From the IMG/VR virus record IMGVR_UViG_2609459839_000007: a stretch of 16,143 nucleotides of DNA, one strand, 5' to 3'. Each line of letters opens with the position of its first letter. The stretch's first letter is position 1. This DNA comes from a virus (taxonomy: Duplodnaviria > Heunggongvirae > Uroviricota > Caudoviricetes). Made by a program: the position numbers and the translations under genes. Of the stretch, positions 8,719 to 16,143 are shown in pieces. Under the pieces are notes generated by a model. It ran no database searches, was not told where the DNA came from, and saw only the letters and a list, made by a program, of their open reading frames with translations.

Positions 8719-9173
8719 TACGCCTCCTGCTTGTCGCGCAGCAGCTGAAACTCGCAGCTCTGTGGAATAGTCAGGTGGCAACCAATATTCACCGCCCAGG
8801 CTTCAACCTTACACAGGAAGATATACATCTCTCCGGTATCAAGATCGGAGGTATGGCGTAACGACTGGATAGTGGTGATCTCACCGGTTACGACATCAAC
8901 CAGGTCTTTGGTTTCATAACCGAGATATGTGTGTTTGAGAGCATCTTTTACCCAAGCTGGAGTGGCGAACGTTTTACCCCTGCTGATGAGGTATTCACTG
9001 ATTTCGCTGTACCACATGTGGCTGAGTGCATTCTGGGAAAGACTGCGTTTCTCACGCCACGGTTTAAGCACCATGCGAAAGCATTTGCCTTCCTCCAGAT
9101 AAGGCTGGATCTGCTGGCCGATAGCGGTGAAGTTACCACGATGCAATTTGATGCCGTCTTGTGGGAGGTTCAC
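8718..9173 (-). CDS. ybcN: YbcN-family prophage protein (DLP12 YbcN-like; reported as a DNA base-flipping protein)
   Basis: 151 aa, GTG start at 9173 preceded by GGAGGTGA; sequence [55 protein letters not shown]... matches recalled DLP12 YbcN. Confidence 0.75.
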   Translation of the reverse strand: MNLPQDGIKLHRGNFTAIGQQIQPYLEEGKCFRMVLKPWREKRSLSQNALSHMWYSEISEYLISRGKTFATPAWVKDALKHTYLGYETKDLVDVVTGEITTIQSLRHTSDLDTGEMYIFLCKVEAWAVNIGCHLTIPQSCEFQLLRDKQEA

Positions 9174-9206
9174 GCTTCACCTCCGCAGAGGTCAAACGCT
9201 GGATGC

Positions 9207-9291
9207 AAAAAATCGCAGGTGCATCTCTGCATCTGTGAAGGGAGAAGAGAGTTTGGATTGTATGTGCGCATAAACGTCCCCGTTTAGCGCA
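9207..9291. repeat. Copy A of an ~85-bp direct repeat with an embedded 11-bp-stem hairpin
   Basis: Aligns with 11141-11225 at 80/85 identical positions in direct orientation; contains TGCGCATAAACG-TCCC-CGTTTAGCGCA. Lies immediately 5' (minus-strand sense) of ybcN. Confidence 0.85.
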
Positions 9292-9367
9292 GAAGTCACC
9301 GGAGTTGTTCAAGCTCCAATGGCATGATTATGGCTGGTTGATTATTGGAAATCAAATGTGCTGAAAA

Positions 9368-9877
9368 TTAGTCTGCCAAGTCTTCCTCAGTCGCAACTGG
9401 GTAATTCCAAATATCAAAAAAAGCTATAGCCTCCTGCCATTTGCTCCATAAGTTATCAAGTACTTGTGTAGGTTCCGTACTTTTAAAAACAGAATCAGCC
9501 GCATCACCGTTATGAACTTCCTCGTACAGTTCCATTATTAGCAGATTAACAAAGTACTGTTTCAACATTAATGCCTGATTACCTTCTTTCTGCTGGCTAT
9601 CCTGCTTGATGAGCTCCATCGCCCGTACTAGGCACCTGATGATATCCGCTGCATCATTAACGCTCCATTCAGATCCGCGCTTATCTTTAGCTGATGAATT
9701 GGCTCTCTCAGCGCAAGCCTTTAAAGACTCATAAAGGTAAACTCTATTTTGTAGCTGCAGCGCTTTTTTTGACGTGCACCAACTTGCAAGCGCCGACCCC
9801 GCTGCGGCTAATGTGCCAAACGCAGAAATGCCTGCTGCTATTGCACTTAAGTCGGCACTGTCAAAGTTCCACATCAT
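9368..9877 (-). CDS. Hypothetical single-pass membrane protein (moron in the nin region)
   Basis: 169 aa; ATG at 9877 preceded by AAGGTG. N-terminal hydrophobic stretch LSAIAAGISAFGTLAAAGSALASW, then an acidic helical domain. AT-rich, with its own AT-rich upstream region. Confidence 0.6.
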   Translation of the reverse strand: MMWNFDSADLSAIAAGISAFGTLAAAGSALASWCTSKKALQLQNRVYLYESLKACAERANSSAKDKRGSEWSVNDAADIIRCLVRAMELIKQDSQQKEGNQALMLKQYFVNLLIMELYEEVHNGDAADSVFKSTEPTQVLDNLWSKWQEAIAFFDIWNYPVATEEDLAD

Positions 9878-10052
9878 CGTTACACCTTATATAAACACCC
9901 CTCAGTAATATCCAATAAGGTATGTGAACAATCAATATAATTTATATCCGTATCGGCACATAGCGATTTTAATGCTACTGATAATGGTATCTTTTAGATT
10001 ATATCGTCCAGTTCCAGTACCCGTATTTTATGAAATGGACTCGCACATTACC

Positions 10053-10093
10053 AAAAAAAATGCCAGCACTTCCGTCATCGCAGAATGCTGGCA
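10053..10093 (-). terminator. Rho-independent terminator after the Bro-N gene
   Basis: 8-bp stem TGCCAGCA / TGCTGGCA (10061-10093) followed on the minus strand by a T8 run (10053-10060). Confidence 0.5.
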
Positions 10094-10112
10094 GTATTTC
10101 TAACTAGTGACT

Positions 10113-10721
10113 TTATTGCAACAGATTCTGACGGAAATATGGTAACACACGACTCCACTTATCATCCTGCCACGGTTGGAATTTTACATGCGCCGTTTCT
10201 CTGGCAAGGATTTCTCGCGCCCTGTTGAGTATCCGAGGATATTCTTGTTCGATTGAAGTGAATCTACCTGCTTCGCGATGCTCTGCGACCTGAAGAAGGG
10301 GCGTAACGTTCTGGCAGGCGGTTAACATCGTATCACTTGCTCGCCATAACCAGGCGAGTGTGCAAAGTTCGTTATCAGTGAATTGTTTTGTGATTGGGGA
10401 TTGTTGAACTTCTCGATCGAGAATATCCAGAACCCAGCGGCGGAATTCTTTGGCCACAGGAGTACGAGCAAACATGGCGATCAAATGGGCTCCGCGAAGG
10501 CTAAATACTCGAGACTCCTGCATTCCACGAGGGGTGGTCACTTTGACCACCCTTGTCATCATATCTGTGAATTCATCTGAGTGCCGAGAGTAAATGCGCT
10601 GAACTGCTTTATCGTCCGCATATTCCAGTGCTAAACCAACTTCAGTGGCAGTAAGCCAAATTCTGTTATTGTGGCAAATCGGGGTAAACGTCGTTTTGTG
10701 GAATGCTAATTGAGTAGTCAT
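10113..10721 (-). CDS. Bro-N domain protein (putative phage antirepressor-like regulator)
   Basis: 202 aa; ATG at 10721 preceded by GAGGTGA. N-terminal region (NNRIWLTATEVGLALEY...RVFSLRGAHLIAMFARTPVAKEFRRWVLD) fits the Bro-N pattern. Confidence 0.65.
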   Translation of the reverse strand: MTTQLAFHKTTFTPICHNNRIWLTATEVGLALEYADDKAVQRIYSRHSDEFTDMMTRVVKVTTPRGMQESRVFSLRGAHLIAMFARTPVAKEFRRWVLDILDREVQQSPITKQFTDNELCTLAWLWRASDTMLTACQNVTPLLQVAEHREAGRFTSIEQEYPRILNRAREILARETAHVKFQPWQDDKWSRVLPYFRQNLLQ

Positions 10722-10876
10722 AGTATCACCTCATCAGGTTAACCATCACCACCAACGACGCCAATCGACTGGTGGTGAACTGTGTAAGGTTGGCGTAACC
10801 GGCTACTCAAACCCGGCGCTTCCGAAGAAGCCCTCACACAGCCCACCATAATTTGGGCATAGCCGTGCTTAGCGCA

Positions 10877-10898
10877 CAAAAAAACCGCTTAACGCGGT
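10877..10898 (-). terminator. Putative rho-independent terminator (minus strand)
   Basis: ACCGC-TTAAC-GCGGT hairpin (10884-10898) followed on the minus strand by a T7 run (10877-10883); lies ~85 nt downstream of the small ORF at 10985-11074. Confidence 0.4.
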
Positions 10899-10984
10899 AT
10901 GCGTTGAGTAGTATCCCGGGACGCCAATCCCGTGTGCCGATTTTGCGGCAACGCACAGAATATAGCGCCGGATAAATCATGTCG

Positions 10985-11074
10985 TCAACCCCAGTAAATG
11001 GACACCATGATGATCACAGCCATAGCTGCTACAACAGTTACAACTACCTCAGGCCAAAACATAACGATTTCCAT
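10985..11074 (-). CDS. Small hydrophobic peptide (29 aa), candidate membrane peptide
   Basis: Below the ORF-track cutoff; hand-translated as MEIVMFWPEVVVTVVAAMAVIIMVSIYWG. ATG at 11074 preceded by AAAGGTGA; downstream terminator at 10877-10898; copy B of the 85-bp repeat lies just upstream. Confidence 0.3.
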   Translation of the reverse strand: MEIVMFWPEVVVTVVAAMAVIIMVSIYWG

Positions 11075-11140
11075 ATCACCTTTAGCCGCCAGACGAATAG
11101 AGACTCCCAATTCTGGCTGTCGAAGTAAAACACCGAATGT

Positions 11141-11225
11141 AAAAAATCGTAGGTGCATTTCTGCATCTGTGAATGGAGATGAGAGTTTGGATTGTGTGTG
11201 CGCATAAACGTCCCCGTTTAGCGCA
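11141..11225. repeat. Copy B of the ~85-bp direct repeat with embedded hairpin
   Basis: 80/85 identical to 9207-9291; same hairpin TGCGCATAAACG-TCCC-CGTTTAGCGCA. Confidence 0.85.
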
Positions 11226-11363
11226 ACCCCACCACCGGGTGTTCAGGCCGACAGTAACTATATTATTCCCTACTGATTTTTGAAAATCAAAGGTCTTTAT
11301 ACGTCACACGAGAGCAAATATTTCCGAAGAAGAAACCTTTCGCCTTGAAAGGATAAAGAGTTC

Positions 11364-11410
11364 ATTTCATAAATTGAAATATTCAATAAGAATATTTCAA
11401 AAAATGAAAT
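11364..11410. promoter_or_regulatory. Cluster of three overlapping dyad symmetries (candidate operator) upstream of the 11534 gene
   Basis: ATTTCA-N5-TGAAAT (11364-11380), GAAATATTC-N5-GAATATTTC (11376-11398), ATTTCA-N5-TGAAAT (11394-11410), in an AT-rich region 125-170 bp upstream of the start codon. Confidence 0.35.
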
Positions 11411-11533
11411 TATTTACTAGCGAGTCTATCTAACTGATAATTATGAAGATTGTAAGCGGTAGCAATCACCCGCATACACATTGAACAGGATTTAATACAA
11501 AACGTCTTAAATTGTCCGTAAGGAATAGCACGA

Positions 11534-13036
11534 ATGACTCAAACTCCTCTATTACTTGCAATCATATTTTTATTGGTTGTTCTTGTTCTTTATATAGCTG
11601 CAATCAAACGCATCAAAAAATTACAATTAGAATTAAGTGATAGCAATCAAAAAAATGAAGAATACAAATCTCGCTTTGCAGATTATTTTAATGTAGAAGA
11701 AGAATGTAAGAAGCTTATTGAGAAAACAGAGCAAGAATGCTCCATAATAAAAGAAGAATCCCTAAAAGTAAAAGAAAATGCCAATAATGAACTAACAAAC
11801 ACCATTGAAAAAATGGATGGTATCAATAAACAAATCCAAGAGCTAAGAAGAACTTATAAAGAGAAGAAAGAAATATATGATAAACTAGTAAGGCAAATTT
11901 CTATTTATTCAGAAGATGTTGAGCTAGCCGAACTAGGATTTTACGAACCTCATTTTAATTTTGAAGATTCAGAGCAATTTAAAAACAAAATAAAATCCAT
12001 CAGGGATGAACAGAAATTAATGCTGCGGGATAAAACCCACTCTGGCGCAGTATATTGTACAACCCAATGGACTGTTGAAGGCTCTCGAGCAGAGGGTAAA
12101 AAAATGACAGACAGAAATATCAGGCTAACTACTAGAGCATTTAATAATGAATGTGATGCTGCAATTAGCAATTGCACGTGGAAAAACATCACTAAAATGG
12201 AAGAACGCATCACAAAGGCATTTGAGGCCATAAATAAACTAAACGAGCAAAATCACATATATATAAACACTAAATACCTCAATAAAAAACTTGAGGAATT
12301 GTGGCTTACCCATGAATATCGTGAGCAAAAACAGAAAGAAAAAGAAGAACAGGCAGAAATAAGGGCACAAATGAGAGAGGAGGAGCGTGCACAACGAGAA
12401 ATAGAAAAGGCCATGCAAGACGCAGAGGCAGAAGAGCGCCGTTATAAAAAAGCAATTGAAGCTGCAAGAAAGGAAATGGAAAAAGTTACTGGTGACATGA
12501 AGCAGCGCCTCGAAAATCGCATTGCCGAACTAGAACAGAGTTTGTCGCAGGCTGAATCAAAGCATCAAAGAGCATTATCCATGGCACAACAAACCAAACA
12601 AGGTCATGTTTATATTATTTCGAACATAGGTTCTTTTGGGGAGAATGTTTATAAAATAGGCATGACACGACGTCTTGATCCGCAAGACCGTGTAAATGAG
12701 CTCGGTGATGCATCTGTTCCTTTTATTTTTGATGTACATGCCATGATTTATTCGGAGGACGCTCCATCATTAGAAAAAAAACTACATGATGTCTTCGATA
12801 AAAAGAGAGTCAATCTTGTAAATCGTAGAAAAGAGTTTTTCTATATTACTCTGGATGAGATCAAAGAAGCTGTTAAAAAACACTCTGATTCAGAAATTGA
12901 ATTTATTGAGACAGCAGTCGCAAAAGACTTTAATGAGTCATTGGCTATTCGTAATCATGAAAATAAAAAAAGTGACAACAGCAACTCATCAATTATACCT
13001 GAGCGAAAAACCCCAGAGTTTGCAGATGCAATTTAA
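11534..13036 (+). CDS. Membrane-anchored coiled-coil protein with C-terminal GIY-YIG-type nuclease domain (T5orf172-like; architecture resembles DUF4041-T5orf172 proteins)
   Basis: 500 aa; ATG at 11534 preceded by AAGGAA. N-terminal TM helix (LLLAIIFLLVVLVLYIAAI), two E/K/R-rich coiled-coil stretches, and C-terminal GHVYIISNIGSFGENVYKIGMTRR...PFIFDVHAMIY...KEFFYITLDEI (GxVY...YKIG, Arg, Glu). Very AT-rich. Confidence 0.8.
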   Translation: MTQTPLLLAIIFLLVVLVLYIAAIKRIKKLQLELSDSNQKNEEYKSRFADYFNVEEECKKLIEKTEQECSIIKEESLKVKENANNELTNTIEKMDGINKQIQELRRTYKEKKEIYDKLVRQISIYSEDVELAELGFYEPHFNFEDSEQFKNKIKSIRDEQKLMLRDKTHSGAVYCTTQWTVEGSRAEGKKMTDRNIRLTTRAFNNECDAAISNCTWKNITKMEERITKAFEAINKLNEQNHIYINTKYLNKKLEELWLTHEYREQKQKEKEEQAEIRAQMREEERAQREIEKAMQDAEAEERRYKKAIEAARKEMEKVTGDMKQRLENRIAELEQSLSQAESKHQRALSMAQQTKQGHVYIISNIGSFGENVYKIGMTRRLDPQDRVNELGDASVPFIFDVHAMIYSEDAPSLEKKLHDVFDKKRVNLVNRRKEFFYITLDEIKEAVKKHSDSEIEFIETAVAKDFNESLAIRNHENKKSDNSNSSIIPERKTPEFADAI

Positions 13037-13274
13037 TTAATTTGTAGTAGCAATAAAGCAGGCATCGTTGAGAATATTTTGTCAGCGATGCTTACTTCTC
13101 TAACAAAAACGGTGATTACCAACGAACTAACGGACTTCAGGTAATCATAAGACAAATGGAACGACTCTCCGGTGATTAGATCCCTGCAATAACAGTAATT
13201 TTCTACTAACTGAAAAATCTTTAACTGCCGCTCCTATTTCTAAGCTGACTGCTAGATTACATGGTGTGTTACCG

Positions 13275-13397
13275 ATGAAAACCGTCACCCGTGCATTTGA
13301 TGACGATGTTGAGTTTCAGGAGCGCATGGCAGAACACATCCGGTACATGGTTGAAACCATTGCTCACCATCAGGTTGATATTGATTCAGAGGTATAA
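13275..13397 (+). pseudogene. gam: Truncated gam (lambda Gam C-terminal ~35 residues only)
   Basis: Translation ...[36 protein letters not shown] matches the recalled C-terminus of lambda Gam; similarity is lost upstream of about 13285. Confidence 0.6.
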
Positions 13398-13402
13398 AAC
13401 GG

Positions 13403-14188
13403 ATGAGTACAGCACTCGCAACGCTGGCTGGGAAGCTGGCTGAACGTGTCGGCATGGATTCTGTCGACCCACAGGAACTGATCACCACTCTTCGCCAGAC
13501 GGCATTTAAAGGTGATGCCAGCGATGCGCAGTTCATCGCATTGTTGATCGTCGCCAACCAGTACGGCCTTAATCCGTGGACGAAAGAAATTTACGCCTTC
13601 CCTGATAAGCAGAACGGCATCGTTCCGGTGGTGGGCGTTGATGGCTGGTCCCGCATCATCAATGAAAACCAGCAGTTTGATGGCATGGACTTTGAGCAGG
13701 ACAATGAATCCTGTACATGCCGGATTTACCGCAAAGACCGTAATCATCCGATCTGCGTTACCGAGTGGATGGATGAATGCCGCCGCGAACCATTCAAAAC
13801 CCGCGAAGGCAGAGAAATCACCGGACCGTGGCAGTCGCATCCCAAACGGATGTTACGGCATAAAGCCATGATTCAGTGTGCCCGTCTGGCCTTTGGATTT
13901 GCGGGTATCTATGACAAGGATGAAGCCGAGCGCATTGTCGAAAATACCGCATACACTGCAGAACGTCAGCCGGAACGCGACATCACTCCGGTTAACGATG
14001 AAACCATGCAGGAGATTAACACTCTGCTGATCGCCCTGGATAAAACATGGGATGACGACTTATTGCCGCTCTGTTCCCAGATATTTCGCCGCGACATTCG
14101 CGCATCGTCAGAACTGACACAGGCCGAAGCAGTGAAAGCTCTTGGATTCCTGAAACAGAAAGCCACTGAGCAGAAGGTGGCAGCATGA
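13403..14188 (+). CDS. bet: Lambda Red single-strand annealing protein Bet
   Basis: 261 aa, [43 protein letters not shown]..., essentially as recalled for lambda Bet; stop overlaps the exo start. Confidence 0.95.
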   Translation: MSTALATLAGKLAERVGMDSVDPQELITTLRQTAFKGDASDAQFIALLIVANQYGLNPWTKEIYAFPDKQNGIVPVVGVDGWSRIINENQQFDGMDFEQDNESCTCRIYRKDRNHPICVTEWMDECRREPFKTREGREITGPWQSHPKRMLRHKAMIQCARLAFGFAGIYDKDEAERIVENTAYTAERQPERDITPVNDETMQEINTLLIALDKTWDDDLLPLCSQIFRRDIRASSELTQAEAVKALGFLKQKATEQKVAA

Positions 14189-14865
14189 CACCAGACATTA
14201 TCCTGCAGCGTACCGGGATCGACGTGAGAGCTGTCGAGCAGGGGGATGATGCGTGGCACAAATTACGGCTCGGCGTCATCACAGCTTCAGAAGTTCACAA
14301 CGTGATAGCAAAACCCCGCTCCGGAAAGAACTGGCCTGACATGAAAATGTCCTACTTCCACACCCTGCTTGCTGAGGTTTGCACCGGTGTGGCTCCGGAA
14401 GTTAACGCTAAGGCGCTGGCCTGGGGAAAACAGTACGAGAACGACGCCAGAGCCCTGTTTGAGTTTACTTCCGGCGTTAATGTTACTGAATCCCCGATCA
14501 TCTATCGCGACGAAAGTATGCGCACCGCCTGCTCTCCCGATGGTTTATGCAGTGACGGCAACGGCCTTGAGCTGAAATGCCCGTTTACCTCCCGGGATTT
14601 CATGAAATTCCGGCTCGGTGGTTTCGAGGCCATAAAATCGGCTTACATGGCCCAGGTGCAGTACAGCATGTGGGTGACGCGAAAAGATGCCTGGTACTTT
14701 GCCAACTATGACCCGCGCATGAAGCGTGAAGGCCTGCATTATGTCGTGGTTGAGCGGGATGAAAAGTACATGGCGAATTTTGACGAGATGGTGCCGGAGT
14801 TCATCGAAAAAATGGACGAGGCACTGGCTGAAATTGGTTTTGTATTTGGGGAGCAATGGCGATGA
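14185..14865 (+). CDS. exo: Lambda Red 5'-3' exonuclease Exo
   Basis: 226 aa, [40 protein letters not shown]..., as recalled for lambda exonuclease. Confidence 0.95.
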   Translation: MTPDIILQRTGIDVRAVEQGDDAWHKLRLGVITASEVHNVIAKPRSGKNWPDMKMSYFHTLLAEVCTGVAPEVNAKALAWGKQYENDARALFEFTSGVNVTESPIIYRDESMRTACSPDGLCSDGNGLELKCPFTSRDFMKFRLGGFEAIKSAYMAQVQYSMWVTRKDAWYFANYDPRMKREGLHYVVVERDEKYMANFDEMVPEFIEKMDEALAEIGFVFGEQWR

Positions 14866-15044
14866 AGCATCCTCACGATAATATCCGGGTAGGCACGATC
14901 ACTTTCGTCTACTCCGTTACAAAGCGAGGCTGGGTATTTCCCGGCCTTTCTGTTATCCAAAATCCACTGAAAGCCCAGCGGCTGGCTGAGGAGATAAATA
15001 ATAAACGAGGGGCTGTATGCACAAAGCATCTCCTGTTGAGTTAA
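14856..15044 (+). CDS. Lambda orf60a-like small protein
   Basis: 62 aa, [62 protein letters not shown]; same position after exo as in lambda. Confidence 0.65.
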   Translation: MAMKHPHDNIRVGTITFVYSVTKRGWVFPGLSVIQNPLKAQRLAEEINNKRGAVCTKHLLLS

Positions 15045-15208
15045 GAACGAGCATTGAGATGGCACATAGCCTTGCTCAAATTGGAGTCAGGTTTGTGCCA
15101 ATACCAGCAGAAACAGACGAAGAGTTTCATACGTTAGCCACATCCCTTTCACAAAAGCTGGAAATGATGGTGGCGAAAGCAGAAGCAGATGAGAGAGACC
15201 AGGTATGA
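15017..15208 (+). CDS. Lambda orf63-like small protein
   Basis: 63 aa, [63 protein letters not shown]. Confidence 0.6.
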   Translation: MHKASPVELRTSIEMAHSLAQIGVRFVPIPAETDEEFHTLATSLSQKLEMMVAKAEADERDQV

Positions 15209-15284
15209 CAACCACTGAATGCATTTTTCTGGCAGCGGGCTTCATATTCTGTGTGCTTATGCTTGCCGACATGGGACTTGTTCA

Positions 15285-15500
15285 ATGACACCTCAGCAAG
15301 AAAACGCCCTTCGCAGTATTGCCCGTCAGGCTAATTCTGAAATCAAAAAAGCCAGACAGCAGTTTCCGGATAAAAACGTCGATGACATTTGCCGTAGCGT
15401 ACTGAAGAAGCACCGCGAAACGGTAACGCTGATGGGATTCACACCGACTCATTTAAGCCTGGCGATCGGCATGTTAAACGGCGTCTTTAAGGAGCGATGA
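15285..15500 (+). CDS. Lambda orf61-like small protein
   Basis: 71 aa from the ATG at 15285 (MTPQQENALRSIARQANSEIKKARQQFPDK...); track ORF starts at 15219 in the same frame. A 27-codon hydrophobic mini-ORF (15205-15288) overlaps this start. Confidence 0.55.
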   Translation: MTPQQENALRSIARQANSEIKKARQQFPDKNVDDICRSVLKKHRETVTLMGFTPTHLSLAIGMLNGVFKER

Positions 15501-15521
15501 ACATGAAAAGCAAAATCATCA

Positions 15522-15544
15522 GGGAGCTACAGGCTCCTTTTTTA
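15522..15544 (+). terminator. Putative rho-independent terminator
   Basis: GGAGC-TACAG-GCTCC followed by TTTTTTATTG. Confidence 0.45.
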
Positions 15545-15598
15545 TTGTTCGCATTCATCCTCAAGCGTATTAACCAACAATTCAGGGATTAATGGAAG

Positions 15599-15817
15599 AT
15601 GGCAGACATCATTGATTCAGCATCAGAAATCGAAGAATTACAGCGCAATACAGCAATAAAAATGCGTCGTCTGAACTACCAGACTGTATCCGCAACTCAT
15701 TGTTGTGAGTGTGGCGATCCGATAGATGAGCGAAGACGCCTGGCTGTTCAGGGTTGTCGGACTTGTGCAAGTTGCCAGGAGGAGATCGAACTTAAGAACA
15801 AACAATGGGGACTGTGA
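15599..15817 (+). CDS. TraR/DksA-family C4-type zinc-finger protein (phage-encoded)
   Basis: 72 aa with CCECGDPI...(17 aa)...CRTCASC four-Cys motif near the C-terminus. Confidence 0.65.
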   Translation: MADIIDSASEIEELQRNTAIKMRRLNYQTVSATHCCECGDPIDERRRLAVQGCRTCASCQEEIELKNKQWGL

Positions 15818-15864
15818 TGGCCTCAAAGCAGCAAATTTCAACATCGTCCAACTGAGGTGTAAAA

Positions 15865-16143
15865 ATGTTCAGAATCATTTTTCCTAACACCTGGTACGTC
15901 GACCACCACGGCACTCCCTGCAAAATCCTGCGTTCTACCCACAACAAAGTTCACTACATCCGAAAAGGCAGAACATGTATCGCCAGCATGTTCCGCTTTA
16001 ATCATGACTTTGAACCTGTGAATAAAGCTGATGCAGATCGGATAGCAGAAGAGATCGAAACGGCAGAACACATTAAGAAGTTACGTGACATGCGTTCAAA
16101 AAGCAGAGGTAACCATGGAATCATACAGCCTCACACTCGATGA
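15865..16143 (+). CDS. Hypothetical prophage protein
   Basis: 92-aa ORF; ATG at 15865 preceded by GAGGTG; stop is the last codon of the window. No family recognised. Confidence 0.45.
   Translation: MFRIIFPNTWYVDHHGTPCKILRSTHNKVHYIRKGRTCIASMFRFNHDFEPVNKADADRIAEEIETAEHIKKLRDMRSKSRGNHGIIQPHTR

Noticed and set aside
10998-11207. 69-aa plus-strand ORF
   Set aside because: Overlaps repeat copy B and lies antisense to the better-supported 29-codon minus-strand ORF; Thr-rich low-complexity translation.
13285-14282. Minus-strand ORFs overlapping gam/bet/exo (13285-13557, 13370-13840, 13966-14259, 14016-14282) and plus-strand 13638-13871
   Set aside because: Overlap lambda bet/exo, whose frames are unambiguous; typical spurious ORFs in GC-balanced coding DNA.
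15205-15288. 27-codon hydrophobic mini-ORF (MTTTECIFLAAGFIFCVLMLADMGLVQ) between orf63-like and orf61-like genes
   Set aside because: Stop overlaps the next start (ATGA), which hints at coupling, but it is very short with no clear SD; insufficient evidence to call.
1-16143. P4-like satellite interpretation, prompted by the P4-type integrase
   Set aside because: No alpha primase, sid, delta, psu or other P4 genes are present; the remaining content is lambdoid/DLP12-like.
1-16143. CRISPR arrays, tRNA or rRNA genes
   Set aside because: No regularly spaced short repeats and no tRNA T-loop/acceptor signatures found by eye; the only notable repeats are the two 85-bp copies.

Overview
This window is a mosaic, apparently defective lambdoid prophage from an enterobacterial (E. 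coli-like) genome. From left to right: a P4-type tyrosine integrase (1-1158, +); an AT-rich two-gene cargo (1493-3476), whose second gene carries a proteasome-beta/HslV-like N-terminal-nucleophile signature; a Pin/Gin-family DNA invertase (minus strand) with a candidate crossover site and an orphan tail-fibre C-terminal segment; an internal fragment of an HK97-family capsid gene; an intact NmpC-type porin gene followed by a run of hairpins; a DLP12-like Q/nin module on the minus strand (quuD, ylcG, rusA, ybcO, ninE, ybcN) with overlapping stop/start codons; an inserted module (single-TM protein plus Bro-N protein) bracketed by an ~85-bp direct repeat; a 500-aa membrane-anchored coiled-coil protein with a C-terminal GIY-YIG/T5orf172-type nuclease domain, sitting where lambda carries N-cIII-kil and abutting a truncated gam; then lambda-like bet, exo, orf60a/63/61 and a TraR-like zinc-finger gene. 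No immunity (cI/cro), replication (O/P), lysis or intact structural genes are present, and I found no tRNA, rRNA or CRISPR array. The best candidates for an undescribed system are the integrase-adjacent cargo pair (top candidate) and the DUF4041/T5orf172-like gene. All protein family calls rest on motif recognition and recalled reference sequences, not on searches; coordinates were checked by hand against the sequence.
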